DNA of 64,000 nt from an uncultured Candidatus Berkelbacteria bacterium (GCA_963698075.1 OY969116.1:862131-926130); one strand, 5' to 3'; numbered from the stretch's first letter, positions 18,072 through 25,808 are shown. The notes: generated from the sequence alone by a model not told the origin. Program-made: numbers and translations.

Positions 18072-18521
18072 ATGGCATTAATTTATGAAACAGAAAACTT
18101 TATTGTTGAGGCCGCTGACAAGCCGCATGTGACAAGAACTGATGGCGGACATATTCGAATTCTTCCAAAAAAAGAAGTTGTGGACCGGACTGAACTAAGT
18201 CCAGAAAAAGCCAAAGAATTGATGCGGTTGACAATGATTGTCGGCGAAGCAATGGCGCAGGGCTTGAATAATCGCGGTGTCAATATTGGGCGGATTAATT
18301 ATCAAGACATGGGAAATTGGACGCCAACATTTCATATCCAAATTTATGGCCGTGCCAAAGATGCGAAAATTCAAAAATTCGGCGATGCAGTTCAGCTGCC
18401 TCAGCGCGATACCGGCTTCTACGATAATTTTGAACCGCTCAACGTTGGCGATATCGCCGAAATCCGAAAATTGATTGAAGAAATTTCAAAAAGGGATAAA
18501 TATAATTTAAAAAACTGGTAG
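18072..18521 (+). CDS. HIT-like (histidine-triad superfamily) protein with a variant triad
   Basis: HIT-fold pattern with HIQIYGR in place of HxHxH. Confidence 0.4.
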   Translation: MALIYETENFIVEAADKPHVTRTDGGHIRILPKKEVVDRTELSPEKAKELMRLTMIVGEAMAQGLNNRGVNIGRINYQDMGNWTPTFHIQIYGRAKDAKIQKFGDAVQLPQRDTGFYDNFEPLNVGDIAEIRKLIEEISKRDKYNLKNW

Positions 18522-18538
18522 CCGATTTGACACCCCGC
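18519..18538 (+). repeat. Copy 2 of the AGCCGATTTGAC-family motif (TAGccgatttgacaccccgc)
   Basis: Fused to the TAG stop of the upstream gene. 22 nt upstream of the next ATG. Confidence 0.6.
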
Positions 18539-18553
18539 TTGCGAGGGAAAATT

Positions 18554-18988
18554 ATGGATCTGATTAGTATTAAAAAAATCACAAGTTCAAAAGAATTAAA
18601 AGATGCTTTTAAAATTCGCCACAAAGTTTTTGTAATCGAACAAAAAGTCGATCCAGCTTTAGAGATTGATGGTTTAGATGAAGAATGTGATCAGTTTTTG
18701 GTATATTATGAGAGCCGGCCGATTGGTACCGCTCGGGTGAGATATCTCGATAGTAATGAAGCGAAAATAGAAAGAATGGCCATTCTGAAAGAATTTCGGG
18801 GCAAAAATATCGGGAGCGAGCTCTTAAAATTTATTATGGGTTATCTTAAAAATAAAAGAATTAAAACAGCAGTTTTAAATGCACAAATTCATGCAAAGAA
18901 ATTTTATGGAAAATTCGGTTTTAAAGGGGAGGATGCTGTTTTTAAAGAAGCCGGTATCGATCATGTAGAAATGAAGAAGGATTTATGA
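18554..18988 (+). CDS. GNAT-family N-acetyltransferase
   Basis: Acetyl-CoA-binding motif RGKNIGSELL. The track start at 18527 is a TTG inside the repeat motif, so the ATG at 18554 is preferred. Confidence 0.7.
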   Translation: MDLISIKKITSSKELKDAFKIRHKVFVIEQKVDPALEIDGLDEECDQFLVYYESRPIGTARVRYLDSNEAKIERMAILKEFRGKNIGSELLKFIMGYLKNKRIKTAVLNAQIHAKKFYGKFGFKGEDAVFKEAGIDHVEMKKDL

Positions 18989-19590
18989 AACTATATTTAA
19001 CTTCAGTGGCATCACAATCACTTGATAAAATTGTGCAAGAACTGCCTCAAAAGCCGGCGGAGCTTAAAGTTCTTTTTATTCCCACCGCGGCCGATACTTA
19101 TGCAAAAGACAATCGGCCGTGGTTTGATGCTGACCGCGATAAATTTATTGAACTTGGATTTAAGCTTGAAGATTTTGATTTGAAAGGGAAATCCGAAGAC
19201 GAAGTCCGCGCGGCTCTATCGAAAACCGACATCATTTTCGTCTCCGGCGGGAACACTTTTTATTTACTTGAACATGTCAAAAAAAGTGGCTTTGATAAAG
19301 TTTTGAGGGAGCTAAAAGATAGCGATAAAATCTACATTGGTTCGAGTGCCGGTTCAATCATTCTTGGCCCGAATATCGAACCGATCAAATCCTTCGACGA
19401 TCCCTCCGCCGCCAAATTGGATAATTATGACGGCATCGGTCTTGTTGACTTCGTCGTTCTGCCCCATTGGGGCAAAGAAAAATACGCCGCAAGGCAAGAA
19501 AAAGTCATCAAAGAATTTGATAAAAAATATAAACTCAAGCCAATTAAAGATGGGGAGATGATAACGGTTCAGGTCTTGAGGCGTTATTAA
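18985..19590 (+). CDS. pepE: Peptidase S51 (dipeptidase E-like; class I glutamine amidotransferase fold)
   Basis: IIFVSGGNTFYLL ... IGSSAGSII matches the S51 catalytic Ser region. Confidence 0.7.
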   Translation: MKLYLTSVASQSLDKIVQELPQKPAELKVLFIPTAADTYAKDNRPWFDADRDKFIELGFKLEDFDLKGKSEDEVRAALSKTDIIFVSGGNTFYLLEHVKKSGFDKVLRELKDSDKIYIGSSAGSIILGPNIEPIKSFDDPSAAKLDNYDGIGLVDFVVLPHWGKEKYAARQEKVIKEFDKKYKLKPIKDGEMITVQVLRRY

Positions 19591-19599
19591 GGAGTAAAA

Positions 19600-19944
19600 A
19601 TGTTAGAACAAGAAAAAGGAATGCCTTCTAGGGAAGAAATCATAGCTGAGATTAGGCGTCAGCTAAGTGTTGGAGGTTTATTAGGAAAACATGAAATTGC
19701 CGAGCAAGTTGAGGCAATTGATTGGGCGGGTCGTACGGAGTTGGAAAGACAAAAAACATTTTATCAAAGTAAAATTACTGCGACGGAGAAAAATCTCTCT
19801 TCAGAACCCAAGGGTCCAGCTATGAGGGAAATGGAGCGAGCTGGATCGAGACGAATTGGACATTATGAGAGAATGGTGTCTTTGTTGGATCAACTGATTA
19901 CCTTGACTCCCGAAGAGGAAGAGTCTAAAGCCGATCTAAGATAG
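19600..19944 (+). CDS. Hypothetical protein (114 aa)
   Basis: AGGAG RBS. No recognisable domain. Confidence 0.45.
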   Translation: MLEQEKGMPSREEIIAEIRRQLSVGGLLGKHEIAEQVEAIDWAGRTELERQKTFYQSKITATEKNLSSEPKGPAMREMERAGSRRIGHYERMVSLLDQLITLTPEEEESKADLR

Positions 19945-19954
19945 GGAGATGGTC

Positions 19955-19978
19955 AACACCTCAACGGGGTGAGGTGTT
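19955..19978 (+). repeat. 24-nt hairpin element AACACCTCAACGGGGTGAGGTGTT (copy 1)
   Basis: A 9-bp stem that acts as an intergenic terminator. The reverse complement occurs at 23897. Confidence 0.6.
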
Positions 19979-19990
19979 AGGGAGGAGAAA

Positions 19991-20218
19991 ATGAAAAGAA
20001 TATTGATTATCTTGGGAATTATTATTTTGGCTGGCATGCTTTATTTTGCCGGTAAATATACTTACTATTATATTCAGGTTAAACAAATCAATACTTTTGA
20101 TGCTTGTGTCAAAGCCGGATATAAAATTACAATATATCCGAACGGAACAGACCCTTCGAAATGCACTTTGCCCGACGGCCGCGAACTTTTTGATAAAGTT
20201 TATGGGCCGGATAATTAA
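19991..20218 (+). CDS. Small membrane-anchored protein (75 aa)
   Basis: GGGAGGAG RBS and an N-terminal transmembrane helix. Confidence 0.45.
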   Translation: MKRILIILGIIILAGMLYFAGKYTYYYIQVKQINTFDACVKAGYKITIYPNGTDPSKCTLPDGRELFDKVYGPDN

Positions 20219-20221
20219 ATC

Positions 20222-20243
20222 TAGCCGATTTGACAGCGGGGAC
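20222..20243 (+). repeat. Copy 3 of the AGCCGATTTGAC-family motif (TAGccgatttgacagcggggac)
   Basis: Starts 3 nt after the upstream TAA stop. About 90 nt upstream of a GC-rich gene. Confidence 0.6.
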
Positions 20244-20324
20244 TATAAATGGGCTTGCTCTGCAGGCCATTTTATGGTATAACAACATCAGCCCGAAAGG
20301 GGAGTCAACAAGGAGGATAAACCG

Positions 20325-20819
20325 ATGAAGGTCGGGAAGATCATCTGGGATGTCGTGAAGGTCGTCTTGATGGTCGCTGTCGTGGTACTCGTTGTCTGGT
20401 TCTATCTTGGGGTACACCACAGCATGGTTGAGCAAGCTGCTTTCATGGCGAAAGCCAAGGCAAGCCAGACCATGATGCCTCGCGAACACATCTACATCGA
20501 TCCTCATCAGGTAGTGAAGATCCGCGAGATGCCGCTCGGTAGCCGTGGCTGGGCAATCGCTGAAGCGATTGTTGTTGGCAAAGGGGGTCGGTGTCTTCTT
20601 GACCTTGATGAATACGTAGAACTCAAGGTTAAGCCGGACCGCCCGGCGGTGGAACTCCGTTACCGAAAAGACGGCTTCTACGAGGCGACCGTTCTCGACA
20701 GTAGTATCAGTTGGGAACCGAAGGACGTAACCGGGTCCGAACATGAGAGCGATAGGAGCCTCTGCTATTTCCCACTCCGCGTCAGCTTCGCTGACAGCCA
20801 GAAGGCTGACGCGCGATGA
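20325..20819 (+). CDS. GC-rich (about 58%) membrane-anchored hypothetical protein
   Basis: AAGGAGG RBS and an N-terminal transmembrane helix. Bracketed by motif copies 3 and 4 and by the perfect palindromic terminator GGGCGGCGGCACGTGCCGCCGCCC (20838-20861). Confidence 0.5.
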   Translation: MKVGKIIWDVVKVVLMVAVVVLVVWFYLGVHHSMVEQAAFMAKAKASQTMMPREHIYIDPHQVVKIREMPLGSRGWAIAEAIVVGKGGRCLLDLDEYVELKVKPDRPAVELRYRKDGFYEATVLDSSISWEPKDVTGSEHESDRSLCYFPLRVSFADSQKADAR

Positions 20820-20894
20820 GCGCTCGTGACTTCACGTGGGCGGCGGCACGTGCCGCCGCCCACCAAACTTTACTTAAAATTATTAAAATATTTC

Positions 20895-20916
20895 AGCCGA
20901 TTTGACAGCGGGGATA
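20895..20916 (+). repeat. Copy 4 of the AGCCGATTTGAC-family motif (agccgatttgacagcggggat)
   Basis: Copies 3 and 4 share a roughly 30-nt match that extends into an A/T-rich tail. Confidence 0.6.
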
Positions 20917-20957
20917 ATTAAATAATCCACGAGGGTAGGGCGTTTGCGAGGAGAAAA

Positions 20958-21506
20958 ATGAAGCAGGAAATTGATCAAATCAAACAAGGCCATACTGAAA
21001 TTCAAAAAGCGATAAAATATCTAGTTGATTCATGTTTGGATGAAAATGGGATATCGAAAATTGCTAATCCCAAGCCGGTTGTCCTGCATTCAATAAGAGT
21101 CGGGATGATTTTGTTAAATTACAATTATTCAAAAGAAATTGTAATAGCGGGGATCTTACATGACGTGATTGAGGATGCAGAAATTTCAAAAGAAAAAATC
21201 GCTGAAAAATTTGGGAATAAAATCGCGGCGATTGTTTGGGTGGTTTCGCACGATGCAAATATCGCCGATGACCAATTGAGAACAAAGACTTTGCACTCAA
21301 ATATGAAAGAAGCTGGAAAAGATACGGTGATTGTTTCCATCGCCGATCATATTGATAATTTTCCGTATTTAATATATGCCAAAGATGACGAAGAGCGCGA
21401 ATGGGTTCGTACAAAATGGCTTAAATTTTTCGATGAAGTTGCGTTATTGGCAAAAGACGAGCCAATTTATGAAGAGCTAAAAGAACAAATTGAGAAAATT
21501 AGATAG
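20958..21506 (+). CDS. Stand-alone HD-domain small alarmone ((p)ppGpp) hydrolase, RelA/SpoT N-terminal hydrolase-like
   Basis: HSIRVGMIL ... AGILHDVIED ... FG..IAAIV..VSH matches the RelA/SpoT HD hydrolase pattern. There is no synthetase domain. Confidence 0.6.
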   Translation: MKQEIDQIKQGHTEIQKAIKYLVDSCLDENGISKIANPKPVVLHSIRVGMILLNYNYSKEIVIAGILHDVIEDAEISKEKIAEKFGNKIAAIVWVVSHDANIADDQLRTKTLHSNMKEAGKDTVIVSIADHIDNFPYLIYAKDDEEREWVRTKWLKFFDEVALLAKDEPIYEELKEQIEKIR

Positions 21507-21530
21507 CCGATTTGACACCCGGCGATTAAA
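21504..21530 (+). repeat. Copy 5 of the AGCCGATTTGAC-family motif (TAGccgatttgacacccggcgattaaa)
   Basis: Fused to the TAG stop of the hydrolase gene. 26 nt upstream of the next ATG. Confidence 0.6.
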
Positions 21531-21543
21531 TGAAAGGAGAAAA

Positions 21544-21789
21544 ATGACGACCATATGGGTTATCTTAGGAATCATATCGTTGGTACTTTTGACGATATAC
21601 TGGAAAAATAGAAATGCAGTTTGGGGCGGGTTAACTGCTGGAATAATCATTGCATTAATAATAGCGTTAGTATTTCTGTTTAAAGGTAATGGATTTAATT
21701 GGTACGTTTTAATTAAAGGCGCAATTATCGGAACAATTGCAGGAGTGCTCGCTGAGTTATTAGGCGTGTTAGGTAAAAAAAATAAATAA
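21544..21789 (+). CDS. Small membrane protein (82 aa, two to three transmembrane helices)
   Basis: AGGAGA RBS. The ATG at 21544 is preferred over the track start at 21490. Confidence 0.5.
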   Translation: MTTIWVILGIISLVLLTIYWKNRNAVWGGLTAGIIIALIIALVFLFKGNGFNWYVLIKGAIIGTIAGVLAELLGVLGKKNK

Positions 21790-21816
21790 TTTTTCTTGGC
21801 GCTTCTTTAAAACACA

Positions 21817-22956
21817 ATGAATGTAGAATTCAAAAAAAATAGTAGATACACCTGTGAATATTTTAGTGTGGACTGGCTCAGAAAGGAAATCGAAGATTTT
21901 AGATCACTTAGAAGCGACTATCCCAGTGATTCGATTTGTGCACTGAATTTGTCTTTTGAGTCTAAGACGCATCCGCTCGTTAAAGATATATTGAGTTCTC
22001 ACGCAAGTATACCTAAGGCTCTCGATTTTTCTCTCAATAATCCGAAGTCTCAAGGTGGAATCTCTTTGTGCCTGCTGGGCAGAGATCTCCATTTGCTCAA
22101 GGAGGAGATGGCTCGAAAAGGAAGACGGATCATTAAGAGTCTCCAGGACCCAAATAATTATGAAACTGTTCGATTTGAATTAGCAGTTGCTGCTGCTCAT
22201 AAAATAATTGGTCTAACATCAGATTTTGCTTCTGTGAACTCTGATAAGCCTGATTTAAAAATATCAAACGGTGAAAATTATTTTTTTGCTGAGTGTAAGT
22301 CTAAACAAAATCTTTTCGGATCAACTATTCTTGAATTAGCAGAGGATTTGTTTTTAAGACTACGAGAAAATAAGGATGAAAATAAAATGATAAAAATACC
22401 CTTTTCTCTACTCAGTGAAAGTGCTGGCGAAATCATCCAAAAACTTTCTCAGAAGCTTCCACCGATAAATCCTCAACTAAAATCGAAATTTACTGCATGG
22501 GGGCATTTCAAAGGTGCTACCTATCTAACCGATACAGCAGATTATCTAGTTATTTCTGATGGTAAAACAAAAAACTTAATTTTAATCGAAAAAAGGCGTT
22601 GGAACGGAATACCTAAATTCTATTTTGATAATCTAGATGATGCTATTAAAAAATCTTATGAAGCTGATAAACCTTATGTAGTTTATATTGATCCGGGAAT
22701 ATACGCTGAGGAAATCCATTCTAAAGAAAAAGCGAAAGAAATGCTACAAACAATTTACGAAGATTATAAAAACCAAGTTAGTTCCATTGTGCTGTTCAGA
22801 TTTCGTCCGTTTGCTGACGCAAAAAATAAAATCTGTTGGGGTAAAGGGTTTTTTGTCTACGGAGCTTGTCAGAGGTCACCTGCTAGATTTTTTGGAAGCG
22901 AAAAGGAAGATCACTTTTTATATATTCGTGATTCAGGATTGGAAATTACTGAATAA
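21817..22956 (+). CDS. Hypothetical 379-aa protein whose N-terminal region carries a PD-(D/E)XK-like nuclease motif
   Basis: The helix ELAVAAAH is followed by DKPDLKISNGENYFFAECKSK, which reads as PD...(13 aa)...ExK. This gene is unusually AT-rich. A terminator hairpin follows at 23007-23036. Confidence 0.45.
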   Translation: MNVEFKKNSRYTCEYFSVDWLRKEIEDFRSLRSDYPSDSICALNLSFESKTHPLVKDILSSHASIPKALDFSLNNPKSQGGISLCLLGRDLHLLKEEMARKGRRIIKSLQDPNNYETVRFELAVAAAHKIIGLTSDFASVNSDKPDLKISNGENYFFAECKSKQNLFGSTILELAEDLFLRLRENKDENKMIKIPFSLLSESAGEIIQKLSQKLPPINPQLKSKFTAWGHFKGATYLTDTADYLVISDGKTKNLILIEKRRWNGIPKFYFDNLDDAIKKSYEADKPYVVYIDPGIYAEEIHSKEKAKEMLQTIYEDYKNQVSSIVLFRFRPFADAKNKICWGKGFFVYGACQRSPARFFGSEKEDHFLYIRDSGLEITE

Positions 22957-23048
22957 GAGTTAGACCAAAATTATTTAAATAGAAAAATCAAGAAAGCGCC
23001 AAAGAAATCCCAGGTGAGATAGACAATGTCATCTCACGGGATAAATAA

Positions 23049-23069
23049 CCGCACTCTGCCGGCGGCGGG
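23049..23069 (+). repeat. Left direct repeat of mini-island D (ccGCACTCTGCCGGCGGcggg)
   Basis: CGCACTCTGCC + GGCGG recurs at 23541-23560. The 12-mer TCTGCCGGCGGC also sits at the left edge of island B (11737-11748). Confidence 0.55.
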
Positions 23070-23126
23070 AGGTCTCGGTAAAAGCGAAGGGAGGAGACAA
23101 GCTCCTCCCATTTGGGCGGGCATCTT

Positions 23127-23477
23127 TCAGCCGCCTCGTTCTGCTCGGACTCTGGCCTGGGCTGCAACGTAGGCCTCCTCGTGGGCGCGGTACTCGGGGC
23201 TGTCGACTGGTATCCCGCGGGCCAACAGGTTCATCCCTTCTGACATCAGGCGAAGCTCTTCGGCCTCGGCCTCGGTCGGTGCCGCGTTCAGGCGGTTGAG
23301 CGGCGGGATTCGCGCCTTCTCGGCGTCCGAGAAGCCATCGACATTCACTTGTGGGATACTCGGGGTGCTGGATGCCGTTCCTGTGACGGCGTCGTGGCCA
23401 TAGCCACAGCTGAAGCAACGGTAGCGGCCATGGTCATCCTCGACAACCATCTCCTCTTTACAGCGAGGGCATTTCAT
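23127..23477 (-). CDS. Small zinc-ribbon protein, GC-rich (about 65%); MKCPRCKEEM...CFSCGY
   Basis: 116 aa, with two CxxC pairs at the N-terminus and an acidic/Ala-rich tail. Its own terminator hairpin is GGGAGGAG-acaagc-TCCTCCC at 23086-23110. Confidence 0.5.
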   Translation of the reverse strand: MKCPRCKEEMVVEDDHGRYRCFSCGYGHDAVTGTASSTPSIPQVNVDGFSDAEKARIPPLNRLNAAPTEAEAEELRLMSEGMNLLARGIPVDSPEYRAHEEAYVAAQARVRAERGG

Positions 23478-23540
23478 GGCAGTCCTTTCCTGAAGTCGGG
23501 ATCTAACTATATATTAATAGAAAAATTTTTTTAAACAAGC

Positions 23541-23560
23541 TCGCACTCTGCCAGGCGGAC
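23541..23560 (+). repeat. Right direct repeat of mini-island D (tCGCACTCTGCCaGGCGGac)
   Basis: See the left repeat. The two are 492 bp apart and enclose the terminator, the gene and the promoter region. Confidence 0.55.
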
Positions 23561-23577
23561 AGTGATATAATAAAAAT

Positions 23578-23898
23578 ATGATTTACATAATTATTGCTCT
23601 TATCGTTGGTTTTGGGCTCGGGTGGTTTTTGAAACCGAGAGAGAGCCGCCCCAGTGAGATACAAAAAAATCTCACGGGGCAAGGATTTATCAGCGAATCG
23701 GTGGAGAAGAAAGAGGAGAATTTAGCAAAAGCAAGAGTATACATTAAAGGCAAGGAAAAGATCACCAATGATGAGCTTCAAAAAGCCCTTGGCGTTTCCG
23801 ACGCAACAATTGTTAGATATTTAGACGAACTCGAAAAAGAAGGTCTCATTAAACAGGTCGGCAAAACCGGCAAGTATACTTACTACGAAGTTCTCTAA
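23578..23898 (+). CDS. Membrane-anchored winged-HTH protein (DeoR/MarR-like HTH at the C-terminus)
   Basis: N-terminal transmembrane helix. ITNDELQKALGVSDATIVRYLDELEKEGLIKQ is a classic wHTH. Confidence 0.55.
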   Translation: MIYIIIALIVGFGLGWFLKPRESRPSEIQKNLTGQGFISESVEKKEENLAKARVYIKGKEKITNDELQKALGVSDATIVRYLDELEKEGLIKQVGKTGKYTYYEVL

Positions 23899-23920
23899 CA
23901 CCTCATCCCGTTGAGGTGTT
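23897..23920 (+). repeat. 24-nt hairpin element copy 2 (AACACCTCATCCCGTTGAGGTGTT), in inverted orientation relative to copy 1
   Basis: Its reverse complement differs from copy 1 by one nucleotide. Confidence 0.6.
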
Positions 23921-23933
23921 AAATCTAGACGAT

Positions 23934-23966
23934 ATTCTATTATTCTATAGAATATGCGAATGTCAT
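23934..23966 (+). repeat. Palindromic element copy 2: ATTCTATTATTCTATAGAATATGCGAATGTCAT
   Basis: 28/28-nt identity with copy 1 at 12238, then one mismatch, then TCAT. Confidence 0.7.
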
Positions 23967-24110
23967 CAAGAATAAACAGAGTCATCTAGCACACTTCGAT
24001 TAAAATTTAATCTAAGTGGATAGAATTTAGTTGAAGCCGCGAAAAATCATTGACTTCATATTGTTTTTTTGATAAATTTTCATTAGAACTCTTTAAGGGG
24101 GTGAACAGCG

Positions 24111-24563
24111 GTGGAAAGAACAATTGAGAGACCAAGACCAACAGGTCTTTGTGATCATCGAGAATTGTGCGGTCTTTGGAACGCTATTATGCATGTTCTT
24201 CATGAAGTCGCTGTTTACGAACCCGGCTGTGGTCAATGGCTCATTCCACTCACCATCAAAGGATTCTATTTAAGTACTTTGGGGGAGTTCTTCCATCAAG
24301 AATTTGACGAACCATTTGAGCAACTTACGCCCGATGAAATGGTCGAGCAAGTTCTTGAAGGCGTTAAGGATAATCTTCCTTCGACTGTTATCCGTTCAGT
24401 CATTGAAGCTATCCTTGAGGCCAGGAGGAAACGTGGGAAAGAGATTGATCCGTATGATGTGGCTCTGGGCGAAGTGGCAGTTGGGCTAGGCGTTTGGGCA
24501 AGACAACTTCTACCTGATTGGATTCACTATCGTGATTTGCTTCTGTCTCGGTCTCGGTTTTAG
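24111..24563 (+). CDS. Hypothetical protein (150 aa, GC about 46%)
   Basis: GTG start 7 nt after an AGGGGG RBS. A TTGACT-17-TAAATT promoter lies upstream. A terminator hairpin plus T-run lies at 24545-24590. Confidence 0.45.
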   Translation: MERTIERPRPTGLCDHRELCGLWNAIMHVLHEVAVYEPGCGQWLIPLTIKGFYLSTLGEFFHQEFDEPFEQLTPDEMVEQVLEGVKDNLPSTVIRSVIEAILEARRKRGKEIDPYDVALGEVAVGLGVWARQLLPDWIHYRDLLLSRSRF

Positions 24564-24662
24564 GACCGAGACTTTTTCTTATCGGAAAGATATGTTAAAA
24601 TAGTTCTACTATGAAGGAGAAGAATTCTCTTTCAGAGAAAAATATGGTAGAATATTTTTACT

Positions 24663-25808
24663 ATGGTTAAGAAAAAAAGAGTTATTATCGCTATGTCTGG
24701 CGGGGTGGATTCGTCAGTGGCCGCGGCTTTACTTAAAAAACAAGGCTACGAAGTAATTGGTATTTTTATGAAGCTTTGGTCCCCCTCCGCTGAAGCTACG
24801 GGGGATAAATCCGATAAAGAAACAGGGACGGCGGCTCGGTCAGTTTGCCATAAATTAGACATCCCTTTTTATGTCGTCAATTTCCAAAAAGAATTTAAAT
24901 ATGCGGTCGTGGATTATTATGTCAAAGAGTACGAAGAAGGTCGAACCCCAAATCCTTGCGTGATTTGTAATCGCGACATCAAGGGCGAAATTTTAATGCG
25001 CAAAGCTCTTGAAATGGAAGCCGATTTTTTAGCCACCGGACACTATGCCCGCCGCGTAGCGGCGGGAAATCCTAAGCTCGAAATCCGAAATCCGAAACTC
25101 AAGGAATACTATTTATATACTGCTAAAGACAAAACAAAAGATCAGACTTATTTTTTATGGACGCTGACTCAAAAACATTTAGCAAAATTATTATTTCCTA
25201 TCGGCGATTATACCAAAATAGAAGTTCGCCAGATGGCCAAGAGATGGCAATTGCCGACCGCCGCCCGTAAAGAATCTCAAGGAATCTGTTTTATTCCTGA
25301 CCGTGACATTTGCGGCTTCTTGCGGCGGCATGCCAAAAAGTTGACCAAGCCAGGACCGATATTCGACAAAACGGGTAAAAAATTGGGTCTTCATAATGGT
25401 TTAATCGATTATACTATCGGTCAACGCGAACGCTTGGGAATTGGTGGTTCTCGAGCGTATTATGTGGTAAAATTAAATAGACGCGATAATAGTTTGATTG
25501 TTGGCGCAGAAGAAGATCTTTATGCGAAAGAATTAATCGCGAGGGATTTGAATTGGATTCGGCCACAAATAAGCGAGCAAATAGAATTGTCAAAAATTGG
25601 TGGGAGTATCCGCTACGGTCATCCAATTGAAGCATGTAAAATCGATTTTGAAAGTAATGATCAAGTTAAAGTAATTTTCGACGAGCCCCAGCGAGCCATT
25701 GCCCCCGGACAATCGATTGTTTTCTACCTGCCTTGCCGGCAGGCAGGTAACAGTGATGAAGTTTTGGGCGGCGGCATTATCAAGGAGTCACTTGAAAGTA
25801 TTCACTAA
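24663..25808 (+). CDS. mnmA: tRNA-specific 2-thiouridylase
   Basis: PP-loop SGGVDSSV and the conserved catalytic cysteines. Confidence 0.9.
   Translation: MVKKKRVIIAMSGGVDSSVAAALLKKQGYEVIGIFMKLWSPSAEATGDKSDKETGTAARSVCHKLDIPFYVVNFQKEFKYAVVDYYVKEYEEGRTPNPCVICNRDIKGEILMRKALEMEADFLATGHYARRVAAGNPKLEIRNPKLKEYYLYTAKDKTKDQTYFLWTLTQKHLAKLLFPIGDYTKIEVRQMAKRWQLPTAARKESQGICFIPDRDICGFLRRHAKKLTKPGPIFDKTGKKLGLHNGLIDYTIGQRERLGIGGSRAYYVVKLNRRDNSLIVGAEEDLYAKELIARDLNWIRPQISEQIELSKIGGSIRYGHPIEACKIDFESNDQVKVIFDEPQRAIAPGQSIVFYLPCRQAGNSDEVLGGGIIKESLESIH

Noticed and set aside
18527-18553. TTG start at 18527 for the GNAT gene
   Set aside because: That TTG is the TTGACA core of the conserved repeat motif. The ATG at 18554, with a GAGGG RBS, is the plausible start.
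17500-24600. Integron gene-cassette array, with the AGCCGATTTGACA motif as attC sites
   Set aside because: No intI integrase is present. The motif is not the imperfect inverted repeat that attC sites have. It also lies 5' rather than 3' of the cassette ORFs.
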